Source of the DNA: Psammoneis japonica
Lineage: Eukaryota
Reading direction: 5' to 3'
NCBI GenBank assembly: GCA_008632985.1
Contig: QPGO01000189.1
Coordinates: 62,001-105,128, forward strand
Length of the DNA stretch: 43,128 bases
The position numbers and the translations under genes are program-made. Of the stretch, positions 1-11,233 are shown one piece after another. The notes below the pieces were generated by a model, which was not told where the DNA came from, made no database searches, and saw nothing but the letters and a program-made list of their open reading frames with translations. Within the stretch, counting starts at the first letter, position 1, and each line of letters begins with the position of its first letter.

Positions 1-73
1 GAATAAACAAAAGAAATGAAAATTGTGTAGCGTATTGTTTTCTATTATATATTCTAGCGTGATGTATTATGAA

Positions 74-514
74 TTATGAAGTTGGTGCTTTTTTGTGTCG
101 TCTATCTCGTTTCTTCTTGCGAAACAGTTTTACTTTCCTTTCCTTTTTCTTCTTTGGTGATTTTTCTTTGTTGTCACATTTCTTTTCTTCAACTGGCTCT
201 ACAGAAATTGCGTCAACTATGAGGTTGACCTTGGACGCTCCAATTAGCGCATAGCAGCTAGCATCCTGCAACAGCTGCGGTCGATCGTGGTTTTCGCTGG
301 AGGATGATTCCACGTGTCTACCCCATGCTGGATAGCTACCAAAAGCTCGGCCTTCTCGGTAGTATGCACCAGGTTGGACTGGAGATCTTTCTTCGCGTTG
401 TTGCGTCGTTGAGCTTTTCTCATGATCTATTTCTTCCGTCAACTTTTTCGTCAAGCCATTTTCCTCTGCTTTGTTATTCTGGGAGAATTCTTTCTCGTCG
501 TTGTGTTCGTTCAT
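74..514 (-). CDS. Hypothetical low-complexity protein (acidic N-terminus, QPGAY motif, Lys-rich C-terminus)
   Basis: ORF from the first ATG (MNEHND) to the stop at 74; charged composition; no recognisable domain. Confidence 0.35.
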   Translation of the reverse strand: MNEHNDEKEFSQNNKAEENGLTKKLTEEIDHEKSSTTQQREERSPVQPGAYYREGRAFGSYPAWGRHVESSSSENHDRPQLLQDASCYALIGASKVNLIVDAISVEPVEEKKCDNKEKSPKKKKERKVKLFRKKKRDRRHKKAPTS

Positions 515-968
515 TGTGGACCATAGATTATTTGTAAAGGTTGAAGAATGCTTGTTCTCAAAAGTAGTCGTTGTTGATAATGTGTGAGATGTGAGCACGC
601 ACGAGGAATAACGAGAATTTGCGTACTAATCGTATCTAACCGGGATTGTGTGGGATCTACGCGGTACTGGTAGCATTCGACTCAGTCGTGTCTTTTTGTC
701 CGCGAATCATCACCTACGTCCTTCTACAGAAAAGTTGATACTGAAAACTGTCGGAGTAGACGGTTGAGTCTTGATCAAATCGGACGAAGGCCAGATTCAA
801 ACGCCACCAATCGCACGGCGGGATTGAGAAAAACATTCGCACACACAAATCCTGCACGACCTCAACCTGACCACTCGTGGTACAGAAGATGACCTCACAA
901 TCTCCACAAGTGTTTTGCGAGACTGCCCACAGTACGCAAAGACACAATCTGCGTTTTCCAATACGATA

Positions 969-2449
969 ATGACGACGCTAAGGCAGCGAAAACAGCAACC
1001 GGCTCCACCACAGAAGCAGTCCTTGTTGCGGCAGGAATCCAAGACATCATCCACTGCCGAAACCGGATCGCTTGTGTCGTTAGTCATTATCGCAATCCTA
1101 CTTGTCGCATATTTGTCCCAACAGCATTTCATCAGCTGGGTGGAAATAGTATTCGAGCTACAAGATCGTTCATATACCAATAGGAGTAACAAAGAAATCG
1201 TGCGAACCTTTCCATTTAGAAGAATCAGGGGCAGCAACAGCAATGATCAACTCGAGGAGAGAAGCGACAAACGCATAATAGTAGAGGATCGACCAGAATT
1301 GACACTTGATGATTTCAAAGTCATCAAGTACTTAGGAAAGGGTGAAGTTAATGTGGGGGTGCTGGCATCAGTTGCAAACGAAACTTTGGCTCGACAGTTC
1401 AACCTTTGGGATGAAAACAAAGCCAAGTCTCACCCGGTCGTGATTAAATACGTCGATACTCGCACGCTTGGGCACACCGAAATCGAAGTCTTTGAGCAAC
1501 TACTGACAGTAGACAAGACCGAGGCTGCAAAAGCGGGCTAGTCCAAGCCGTGTGGACAGCTCGGGATGTTCCAAATCCGTTTCACTGTGGTGGTCACCCT
1601 TGCGAAGAGAACGATCGCATCCCGCCCGGCTCCTCCAGTTCATCTGGCTCTCATCACGAACGATTAGGGGAATTGCCTCTCGTTGATGTGATTGTTTTGC
1701 CCTACTATGAAGAGAACTACATTCTGGACACCTATAATGGAAACATTGAAAGCATAAAAGTCTTTCTGGCAAGTCTGATGGAGCAATTGGCACTGGCACA
1801 TTCAGTTGGAGTTTCTTGCCTCGACTTGCAAGTAAGTCGTAATGTGTTTTGCCATCCGGATACAAGCAAAGCCATTGTCTTTGATTGGAATGCACATGCA
1901 CCGCTGGGTGGATACACCCGTGATCCAACGCAGAGTTGGCACATTGCCGCACCCGAATCATGGTTACAAGATGCGTTTGGCATCGAGGCACGCGTCACAG
2001 CGATCCATTCCATAGATGTGTGGCAAGTGGGAATCATATTCAACAACATTTTATATGCCGGGTGTAAATGGGCCTCAGCTAAAATCCTCAAGGAAGGAAG
2101 AGACTCAGAAAAGAAGAAGTTTTTGGCGACTGTTATTCGAACGTTGGAGGGTAATAACAACAATACCGTCATTCCCATTAACGGTAAGGAATCGATAGAC
2201 TTGCGCGAACTAGCAAGTCTACCCAAGGGTAAGAAATTACCAGTGAAATCATTCAAGACGTTCTTGGATCCCAAGAAAAGAAAGTGTCGAAATGCCAAGT
2301 CATGGTACCTCGATGATGCCAAAGTCTCCGACCATGATAAAGATATCGCAATTGATTTGTTGAAACAAATGTTGGTTTTGTCTCCTACTGATCGCCCTAC
2401 AATGAACGAGCTTCTACAACATCCTTTCTTTGGAAGTCTCCGCAATTGA
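969..2449 (+). CDS. Protein kinase with N-terminal transmembrane anchor; one apparent 1-nt frameshift at about 1535
   Basis: ORFs 915-1541 and 1550-2449 together give the Gly-loop (LGKGEVNVG), VVIK, HSVGVSCLDLQVSRN, IVFDWN, APE, DVWQVG and DRPTMNELLQHPF. Adding one G to the run in GCGGGCTA joins the frames (AG-LVQAVW). Hydrophobic LVSLVIIAILLVAYL near the N-terminus. Confidence 0.8.
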
Positions 2450-2693
2450 TTCTATTTCCTTATTGTTTTCAAAAACTATTTTCATTGAGCTATTATCATT
2501 ATCATGGATTCTATTGTGAAAGAGACCAGTAGAAAGTGTTTACAACTAGACTTGTTTTATGGGGTAATAAATGATGCGTAGTAGACAACTGGGGAAACGC
2601 AAATTGATGCATGAATTTTCCATGAAAGTCAATAGGCCGACAATTCGCTCTATTGACCCAGCTTCGAACCTGTATCTGAATCGTCCCTGCCTT

Positions 2694-3743
2694 CTAGAAA
2701 ACTACAAACTCTGACCCGGCCTTAAATCTTATGACATTCTTTGCTTCAACAATTTGAATTGTCTCCCCAGTTTGTGAGTTTCTGACTTTACGTGCGGCGC
2801 GCTTGGTCAAGGAAAGAGGCCCGAAGCCATTGATTGAGCCGCCACCCTCTACCAGTTCAGGGATGAGATTGCTTCGAATGATTTGTAGCAATCTTAGAGC
2901 CTTCGGCCTGTCCAGTCCCAAACTCTCTTCAAGGCCACCAACAATGCTATTTAACTCGTCAGCGCACGTTCTGGTATTACATTTCAAACGCTCGTCACGA
3001 ATACCCAACTCTGCAGCGGTGACGGCGCCAAGACACAGATCATTGGCAGATGTCTGGGAGGTGGAATTTGGAAGAAGCAACGAAAAGTTGTCAATATTTG
3101 CATCGAAGTTGGAGTCAGGAGATCCTTCGTCTTGCTCCACGACGGCACTGGCGGGCAATTCGAGTGTCATAGTAAGGACTTCGTCACCTATTTGAGGACG
3201 TGAACGGAGTGCCCCGGAAAGCGCAGTAGCTGAGGGCAAGAATAGATGGAAATGAACCTCTTCCATCAGGGATACTTTTCTTATTGAGCACTCCGAGTTC
3301 GCTTCCATATCTCTCTTCTTGATTGACGCTCGTACCTTCATGGCTACCTCGACCGGCCAATTACTGAGTGTTGGCGCCCATAGAAAGTCTGGATGGCGTG
3401 GTGCCAGCGGCGCCAGAGGGATTTCCATTTTCACCTGCAAATTGCAATCTTCATCCAGCTTTGATCCAACCACAACGATCTCTTTTGGCTTCTTCTTCGA
3501 CGATTTATGTGGTCCAGATATCGAAAAGCTTCGTAATCCAACCATAGCGCTGTTACCATCCGTTGTCTGCGATGCAGTTGACGAAGCGAGAACGAATTCA
3601 AGCGCTGCTTTAGCTTCACCTCTATTCAAGTCTAAACCCTCGTCCTTTGAAATCTCAGCTATAAGATCGGCCTTGTTCATGGCTGTACATGGGACAACGA
3701 CAACAGCTAGAAGTCCTATTGTTGACAATGCTCGGCGAATCAT
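2694..3743 (-). CDS. HU/IHF-like histone-like DNA-binding domain protein with N-terminal signal peptide
   Basis: MIRRALSTIGLLAVVVVPCTA is followed directly by MNKADLIAEISK...EAKAALE (HU N-terminus). The C-terminus GFGPLSLTKRAARKVRNSQTGETIQIVEAKNVIRFKAGSEF matches the HU DNA-binding arm signature. No intron needed. Confidence 0.75.
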   Translation of the reverse strand: MIRRALSTIGLLAVVVVPCTAMNKADLIAEISKDEGLDLNRGEAKAALEFVLASSTASQTTDGNSAMVGLRSFSISGPHKSSKKKPKEIVVVGSKLDEDCNLQVKMEIPLAPLAPRHPDFLWAPTLSNWPVEVAMKVRASIKKRDMEANSECSIRKVSLMEEVHFHLFLPSATALSGALRSRPQIGDEVLTMTLELPASAVVEQDEGSPDSNFDANIDNFSLLLPNSTSQTSANDLCLGAVTAAELGIRDERLKCNTRTCADELNSIVGGLEESLGLDRPKALRLLQIIRSNLIPELVEGGGSINGFGPLSLTKRAARKVRNSQTGETIQIVEAKNVIRFKAGSEFVVF

Positions 3744-4587
3744 GATTCCAGTACACTGCAGCATCTCTCTAGAGAGAGTATGCACAACATCTCATGCAGG
3801 TTCTGTTTTAGTTATTTCGTTACAGTACAGAACTTCAAGGTGCATGTCAACTGATGCGACACGAGCAATTCTCGATTTGGAGTTTGGAGACCAACACACA
3901 CTGACTGACGCTCGTTTCGCACAAAATTAATTTCCAAGAGTTGGAAGGCAACATAACGACCATAATGCCTAATGTCATTGTAATGAGAAGCTCACAACAC
4001 ACAGAGGGCCTTGTATGAATAGATTGTGGCTGCTCCTCGCTCCAGAACGAATCCATCGAGCATTCGGAAGAGGGAAAATAAATAATGAGCATGTGTGCTG
4101 CAAAATTTTGTGTTCGCTTGTCTGTCCTTTTGAAATTTTTTGACGACCGCGTCAATTAACTACCAATTACGGGTCGCTTGCGGCTTTTCGAGTTTTGGTA
4201 GGGCTCACTTTTTGAGAGTTTCGAAGGACACTATTAGTCGTTGGTTGAAGTGGAGCTGTGTGCTTGACAAGTGAATGGAGTTTAGAGAGCTTGACACGTT
4301 GCGAGATTCCCGGATGGCTATTCATACCTTTCTCTTTCTCTTTCGTCTCTGAGTTGAGGCTGCATGGAATCATACCTCTAGAGTTTGATTCCAAAAAAAG
4401 CTATGACCTGTGCTCGGGATGTTATAATCTTGAGGCATGGCACAGTGAAAAAATTTACTGGGATGCGAATCGCGCTCTCGTTGTCTCGAGCGTATTGCAC
4501 AGCAGAACTCATTAGCACTAAAGTATAGAACAATAATTGAACGTCAAGCGCATGTAATATAATTTTAGGTCAGATCTTGCTAAGATA

Positions 4588-6038
4588 TTAAAACTGTCCT
4601 AATCGCGGACGCTTATTTGGATCAGCATTGAAATTGTTGTTCGGCCAATCCATTCCTTGAGGCACTTGCTTCATCATATTATTGCCGGGCATGTTGAATG
4701 CCGCCATATGATTGCGCTTGCCGAGACTGTCACGCTGCACTCTCATGTCTTCACAGTCAGTGTGGTGCAAGCGCTTCCAAATCTTGGCAAAAAAGGCCTT
4801 TTGAGAGCCAAATTTCATTTTGGCTCGTTCGGCGTCGTGGTGCTTTCTCAGCTTTTCCAGCGACTCCTTGATTTCTGTCGGGCACTTGCGACATCGTAGC
4901 ATGTGATTGTGCAGAACGTTGAGTGTCTTGGAGGTGTCACTGAGCGTCTTGATGGAGGAGGGAAAGAAGCGACCTGATCCGTAGCCACCGTAGCAATGGC
5001 GACAGGCCAATCCCGCAAATCCTGGAGGCAATCCCTTCCGCTTTCCGAGACGATCAGCTTCAGTAAAGACGCAAGAGCGCATTTGACTCATCAAGAGAAA
5101 CGAGAAGGCAGTACCGTCAGGCCTGTCTACTTCGGACACCAGAAGAATAGACTCTGGTGGTGCATCTACACCCTTCCCACTTTCTTGAAGAGAGCCTTGG
5201 CCCTGCTCAGCGTTCCCAGTGTCGAGCCCTTGCTTTGCAAAGTCGGCGTTGGACTTTGACGAAAACAGGTCAACCGAAGTGTTGGCCGATAGTGTTCCGG
5301 TGGTCGAGTGCTGTTGACGACTCAAGCGCGGAAGTGGTGGCGGTGCCAAGGCTGAGATGCGGATCCCCGAAGGCGTGTCCACCAATCCGAGGCTGAGGGC
5401 GGACTCGACCCAATACTTCTTGGACGTGCCGCTTCGTGCGTCGTCCGCCTTGAGATTCTGGTATTGACTCATGATGTCTTCAGGAACCTCCGGGCAAGTG
5501 TGCAAGTGCCTCTGCAGCAGATTCATGGTGGCGTTGTAAATAGACGAAATGGTGGTGGGATAGTAAACGGATCCCCGTTCCTTGTTCCCCTGGTCATCGT
5601 GGCAGTAAGGACACCGAATGCCGACTTGTCCCACTTGAATCGGCTTTCTCTTGCCCTTGGCCGGAGTCGTCACGTCCTTGGCAGACGCGCAAAAGATGTG
5701 TACGCAATGGCGACGGACAAAGCAGTGGAGTGGAGTTAGCCAGTCTTTGTCTGACTCCATCGCCAATGGCATTGGATGCGTCAGAGAGGTATAGGGACCA
5801 TAACTTTTTTCGACGTCAAAGTTGGCCATTCCTCCACCCATGTTATTGTTCATGGGGCCTTGAAGGTTGCCTTGCATACCGCTTGTCATTCCTCCTCCTC
5901 CTGGAAGAGATGGACCACCAGACGGCGCCGGTAGATTCATCGCCTTGGAGGACTGGTTCCCACCACACATCGACTCATGCAGCACAGCTTCTTCACGAGA
6001 CGCAAATGCCTTGGAGTTGCAGGCTTGACAGACCCACC

Positions 6039-6071
<33 letters not shown>

Positions 6072-6711
6072 CCGGAGAATTAGCAGCTTGCTGTTCCATG
6101 GATGCCCTGAGTCCTGAAGCTTGCATGGAAGTTTCTTGAATACCCGCCAACAGTTGCTGCCGTTGCCGTTCGAGCTCCTTTTGACGTTGTTCGAGCTCAA
6201 ACTGCTGATTCTGCAATTGCTGCTGCCTTAGCGCAATTGTAGAGGCACTTGCGGCGAGTCCAGCAGCAGAGCTACCGCCGCCGAGACCCATACCTGGACT
6301 CGTCATGGACTGGGAAGGCATATCATAGCCTCCACCTCCTGGTGAAGAAGTATTACCGCCTCCCATAATGCCTATGCGACGTCTGGTTAGGTCCAGAATG
6401 CAAGCATCCAAGACAGCTGTAGTATCGTCCAGACCTCCTCCAGAAGTCCCACTATTGCCTCGACGTGCCAACAGATCATCCAGAGTATTTGAAGCTGTGC
6501 GACGGGAGAACATATCAGCAATATGGGAGTCGAGTGCGCTCGTATTGCTGATGCGATCGAAGGAAGAGGGACTCAACATGCTATTGAGGCCGCTCTGACC
6601 TCCTGTCAAGTTTGCTTGCATACTATTCAGCAGCTGATCTTGCTGCTGGTGATGTTGCTGCTGCTGCTGTGCGTTGGGCGGCGGAAAGGGTCCGCCATAG
6701 TGATGCGACAT
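4588..6711 (-). CDS. Gln/Gly-rich putative regulator with a CxxC..H..C finger and two repeated Cys/His domains
   Basis: Long intact ORF; poly-Q tracts; WVCQACNSKAFASREEAVLHESMC; two similar units VGIRCPYC..YYP..HLHTCP and AGLACRHC..FFP..HMLRCRKCP; C-terminal NKRPRL NLS-like motif. Confidence 0.8.
6040..6069. repeat. (CTG)10 microsatellite encoding poly-Gln on the minus strand
   Basis: Seen directly in sequence. Confidence 0.9.
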
Positions 6712-8210
6712 GGTGAATAAAGTCAAACGCACAGCAGAAGAATGTGATGACTGTTGTATTTTGTGTGTGCAACGCTAGTTCAAAAACAGTGGGGAGTCAG
6801 GAACAACGATCTGGACACCCGCAACAGCGAAACAGTGTCCCGTAGAACTCTGTATGCTTCTACGAAAAGAAAGTCACTTCTCTTTGGCCGCATACAAGCC
6901 CAAGGCGATTTCTCCTCATCTCCTCCAATTTTTCAAGGCAAGAAAGACCTTGGAAATTGACATTTCTGCGATCGATTACTTAAAGACGGGTATTTAGTCG
7001 TTAAGTAATTGGCTCTACGAATTCTAATACTCGCCGATAGCTTGATGGGACAAATAACGGCTTTCATAATCGAGTTACATCGTTGGAAACAGTCATTGGT
7101 CCCTCCCATTGTCATATACGGCATAAATCTGTATACAAAATTTTTTCTGTACAAAAAAATTTTGACTTAACACCCAAGACCCAATCAGAAATCTGCCGTT
7201 AAAGAAATGTCTTTTCTTCCAATTTGTTTCATAGTGAGGATGTCTCTTGAAAGAACGGTTTTTTCACGGTCCCAATGATGTCCGTTAATGACCCAAAGTG
7301 TTTCATCGTACGCAGAATCTGGTACTCGCCACGGCACTCAACGGTCATTGGGATAAATCAAAATGTCTCGTCGATCTTGGTCGTGTTTTGTGTCACTTTT
7401 TGTGGCTAAAAAAAGTGAACAAGTCGGTCCACGACTACCTTCGAGATTACAACGCTACCTATGACCGTTGCACTAGCTCAAAATGCTGGTGTCGGAAGTA
7501 GTTGGTTGTTTTGGCGAAAAAGTAGTAGAGACACGGTTTGGTTGATGGGCGTCGCTCGCTGTTTTTGCGTTTAGCCGTCTGTTATGCGACAAAGACGACC
7601 GTGTATGTCAATTTCCGTTGTAGGTAGTAGGCGATAGGGGAAAAATTCAAATCGAGTAGGACAGACGGGACGTGACACTCCAAATATGTCACAAAGCGCT
7701 GGTGCAAATAATGGTGCGTGCATGAATGATGAATGTTGCTGTTGCCTTTGATAAAAGCAGATGGGCGCGCCTGTTGTCCACAGACCCACAACATGATGGA
7801 AAGCTTTAGTAGGAACTAACCAGTAGCACCTAGACCGACATATGCAGCTGATCAAACGCGTGATTCTCAATACGTACAAGTTCTGTATGGTTGATTAGTA
7901 AGATGATTAGTAAGATTAGCGAGAACATGTAATATTATGTTGTATGCTGCTACCCAAACGGCTTTGCCAATCTTCCCCGTCGATTCGCAACAGCCATGGA
8001 TCTATCAATTGGAGCTAGCAATAGAATACTACTGCGACTTACTGCGGTAAGATATGAATGAAGCCAGGCATCTTGTTGTGGATGCAGATTTGACTCACTA
8101 TGGGATGCATCCCGAGCTTTCGCGTCCAATGCAGCAACAATGAAGGCCACCACAAGAGCACATACATACTAAGGTCTATTCATGCTTTAAATATAAGAGC
8201 TCTTCTTTCC

Positions 8211-9711
8211 TTACACAAGCGGTTTGTCGCCGGGCAGTGGGAAAGTCTTTGATATTTCCAGCGTTCGATACCAGGAGAATGGGATAGTAAACAGCTTCTC
8301 CCACTTGTCCACGTACGCTCTCTTATTGAGAGAATCATATCCGTTCTCTTCAATCTTGTCCAAAATCTTCCCATAGCAGTCGAGTGAAGATTGGACTGGC
8401 AACCTGGCTGCGCTCGAAAGCATCGGTACTCCACGCAGAGCACGACCATAGTACATTCGTGCTTTTTCAATTTGATACTTCATAAAGGCAATGTAATTCT
8501 CGTCCACTCTTTGTTCAAAGATTTGTTCTTCTGTACTCCAAACTTAGCCATGTCATCTCTTGGCAGATAGATTCTACCGCGTGTCGTAGCGTCTTCTCCT
8601 ACATCACGGAGAATGTTTGTGATTTGAAATGCAACTCCAAGTGAAAGCGCTGGTTCCCTGTTAAATGTTTGAGTTTGGAGAAACAGGCATGTAAGAAACC
8701 ACAGCCACAAAACTCATCTGCGTACACAACAATTGCCAACTTACTTGGCAGCCTCTTCTGTGTATCCTTCTGCGCATCCAAACACAGGCATGCACATTAG
8801 CCCAACCGTACCGGCAACTCGATAGCAATACAATGAAGCTCGTCAAAGGTATCATAACGGTCTTGACCCAAATTAGGAACATCCATGAGCATTCCTCGAA
8901 TCATATCCACAAACGGCTCAATCGGGAGGTTTGGGTATTTAACGCGAACATCGAGAAGACACAGATCCAGCACATCATGAACTTCGCCGTACTTCCACAG
9001 GTTTTCCAGTCGTAGCTCCCATTGACTCAAGTCTGTCAGCATTTCTTCATCACTGTCACGGGGCGCATCGACGATTTCATCGGTACGACGACACCAAACA
9101 TAAATGGCCCAAATCGCTCGTCGTGCTTCTTCTGGCAACAGTTGTGTTCCCATGTAGAAGTTTGGCAAACGCCCCCGTTACTTCACCGGATTCCTCATAA
9201 GCTTGATTCAAAAGAACACGATACTTTCCTTGTCCTCACTGGAAATAGTTAATGATGCGTCTGTATCATCCGACCGGCTTTCAAACATACCAGCAGGTGC
9301 CATAGATCGCAAATACGCGGCACACGCTTGCACCGACTCGGCATCGGCAAAGGTCCCCAAATCATGGCCCACTTCGGAAATCACATCCTCGTTGATACCC
9401 AAAATTCCTTTAGAGGCGAGCACAACATTTCCACCCTGTTTTCTAGCATTGGCAAGCGCCTTTTCTGCTTTGGAGGGACCCTTGACGGCAGCAAAGTCAA
9501 ACACGGCGCCTCCCTCAAGCAGTGTTCCAGAGGAAAGTTCGGATTCAATCTCATCCTTAGATCGTCCACTCCGACTGCCAGGTGCGCTACTGAGGGGTTC
9601 TGCCAAGGAAGCAAGAGACGATTTTACAGCATTGGAAGGACGAGGTGCGGTAAAGGCAGACGTCGTGCCGACAGCGCTCAGTGCAATCAGCGCAATCGGT
9701 GAGATTCTCAT
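8211..9711 (-). CDS. PSY: Phytoene synthase, plastid-targeted; intron 8658-8744; about five single-base deletions in short base runs, probably assembly errors
   Basis: TSAF presequence; [14 protein letters not shown](T)[59 protein letters not shown] and [14 protein letters not shown] motifs; GTAAGT..TTAACAG intron restores AK-EPALSLG. Confidence 0.93.
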
Positions 9712-10306
9712 AATTTATGTATTGTGACTTGAAAGGTGGGTGTAGCTAGAGGTTTTCCAGAAACGATCTGCTTTCTTTTTACTTTTACTTCGGGATGAAA
9801 CAATTCGAAAGAGCGCAAAGAATTCAATTGCAGTGCTGTCAGATTGCAATTCAATGATGGAGTGGATGGTAATGATGTTCTTCGGTCTCATCATCAGGTC
9901 GTCCTCCACGCGAAACAACACGGGAGCAAGACTTGGTCAACAAGCCTTGAAGTTGATGCTGATGTGTTACATACGTAAGTCTACACGAATTCTACGCAAG
10001 CGGATCTTACGATTACGTCATAGGACAATATCCGGGTTCTGGAATCATAGAAATTGAGATCGCAAACTGATGTAGCTGTCTCTAACAAGATTCCATAGTT
10101 TCTGTATCAGGTGGATGTGCTTGAAGGAGGATTGAAACATTTTATATTCGAATGAAAGCTCATGACGCTTCTCTCGATGCTTTCATCAACTTGAAATTAC
10201 CCTGACAACGCAAGAGCAAAAGAACCATCGCTCTGAAACCTCAATAAAGTCTTGCACAAGGCCAGTAAGTACTAAATGTTTTAATGTGAAGATGCTTCTT
10301 GTTTGC

Positions 10307-11008
10307 TTAGTTGGCAGTATCTTCGTCTCGTTTCGATTCGCAGTCTTCATAATCGGAAGCCTTTGCGGTAGTCCCATTGAATTCAAAAGAACAAAGCATA
10401 TGTTTCCCAAACTGCTTGTTTCGCAATACACTCATGGAATAATCCACAGGATAAGAATAGGTGACACGCGCCAAGGTCATGTGGAATAAAGTCTTGCGGG
10501 GGTGATATATTGGAATACCGGCGTCTTGCAAAGTGTCCTCGATTTGTCTCGCCAAAGCAAACAGTTTGGACTGGTCCGTAGGAAGCGCGTGCAAATAGAT
10601 TGTTTCATTGTTGTGGTCTAGATTGCACGCGACGTCATCGAAATCGATTTCAAACGAACTCCACACCATTTCTTCCAAGACGGTCCGCATCTTGGCAATT
10701 TCGTCATCGTCGTGACAACAAAAATAAAACATGGACGAGTGAAGGCCTGTTTGAGGATCATCAAAGGATATTGGTCCAGAAGACGACGAGTTGGTGGCGA
10801 TCTCGTTCAGTACGGCTTGTGCTTCAGCAGCTGTTCTGACAAGCTCGGGTTCCACGGACAGTGGAATCTTGGCTGTAATTCGCGAGCAATTGATGCAGTC
10901 GCCGTCGGTTTTCTCGCATGTCTCCCATGATGCTGACCCCAACAAGATCAATTGGAGAAGAATAGAAACAAGGAAGGCCGTCCTGATCATGTTGCTGAGC
11001 GTCGCCAT
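10307..11008 (-). CDS. 2H phosphoesterase (LigT-like) family protein with signal peptide
   Basis: Two Hx(S/T) motifs about 85 residues apart (GLHSSM, LFHMTLARV) and a hydrophobic N-terminal leader. Confidence 0.7.
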   Translation of the reverse strand: MATLSNMIRTAFLVSILLQLILLGSASWETCEKTDGDCINCSRITAKIPLSVEPELVRTAAEAQAVLNEIATNSSSSGPISFDDPQTGLHSSMFYFCCHDDDEIAKMRTVLEEMVWSSFEIDFDDVACNLDHNNETIYLHALPTDQSKLFALARQIEDTLQDAGIPIYHPRKTLFHMTLARVTYSYPVDYSMSVLRNKQFGKHMLCSFEFNGTTAKASDYEDCESKRDEDTAN

Positions 11009-11233
11009 TTCGTCTCGTTTGTTTTTTGTTGTGTTCGGTCTGCGGTCTGGTCTTCAACGCATGACACTCGCGGCGGCCACAACGCCAACTTGGAAACTGG
11101 AGGGTGAGTGAGTCGTGCTAACGACTGAAAACACGACCCACGTGGACGCCCGTCACATTCTTGAAGTGTCAACACGACGAAAAATGAGAAGGCGACACTA
11201 CGCGCAGAACACGATTGCTTTGTGTCTTTGACC

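Noticed and set aside
1525..1550. Kinase split into two genes
   Set aside because: One extra G in a G-run joins the two halves; same error type as in PSY.
3170..3500. TonB-box-like EIVVVGS and VgrG-like PQIGDEVL motifs inside the HU-like protein
   Set aside because: Too short to support homology without a search.
7725..7852. Possible C/D snoRNA (ATGATGA ... CTGA)
   Set aside because: No terminal stem or rRNA-complementary guide recognised.
8480..9230. PSY as a pseudogene or programmed-frameshift gene
   Set aside because: All breaks (about 9225, two near 9160, about 8832, about 8535) are repaired by adding one base to an existing short base run, and motifs are otherwise intact; typical consensus errors. 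Read mapping would settle it.
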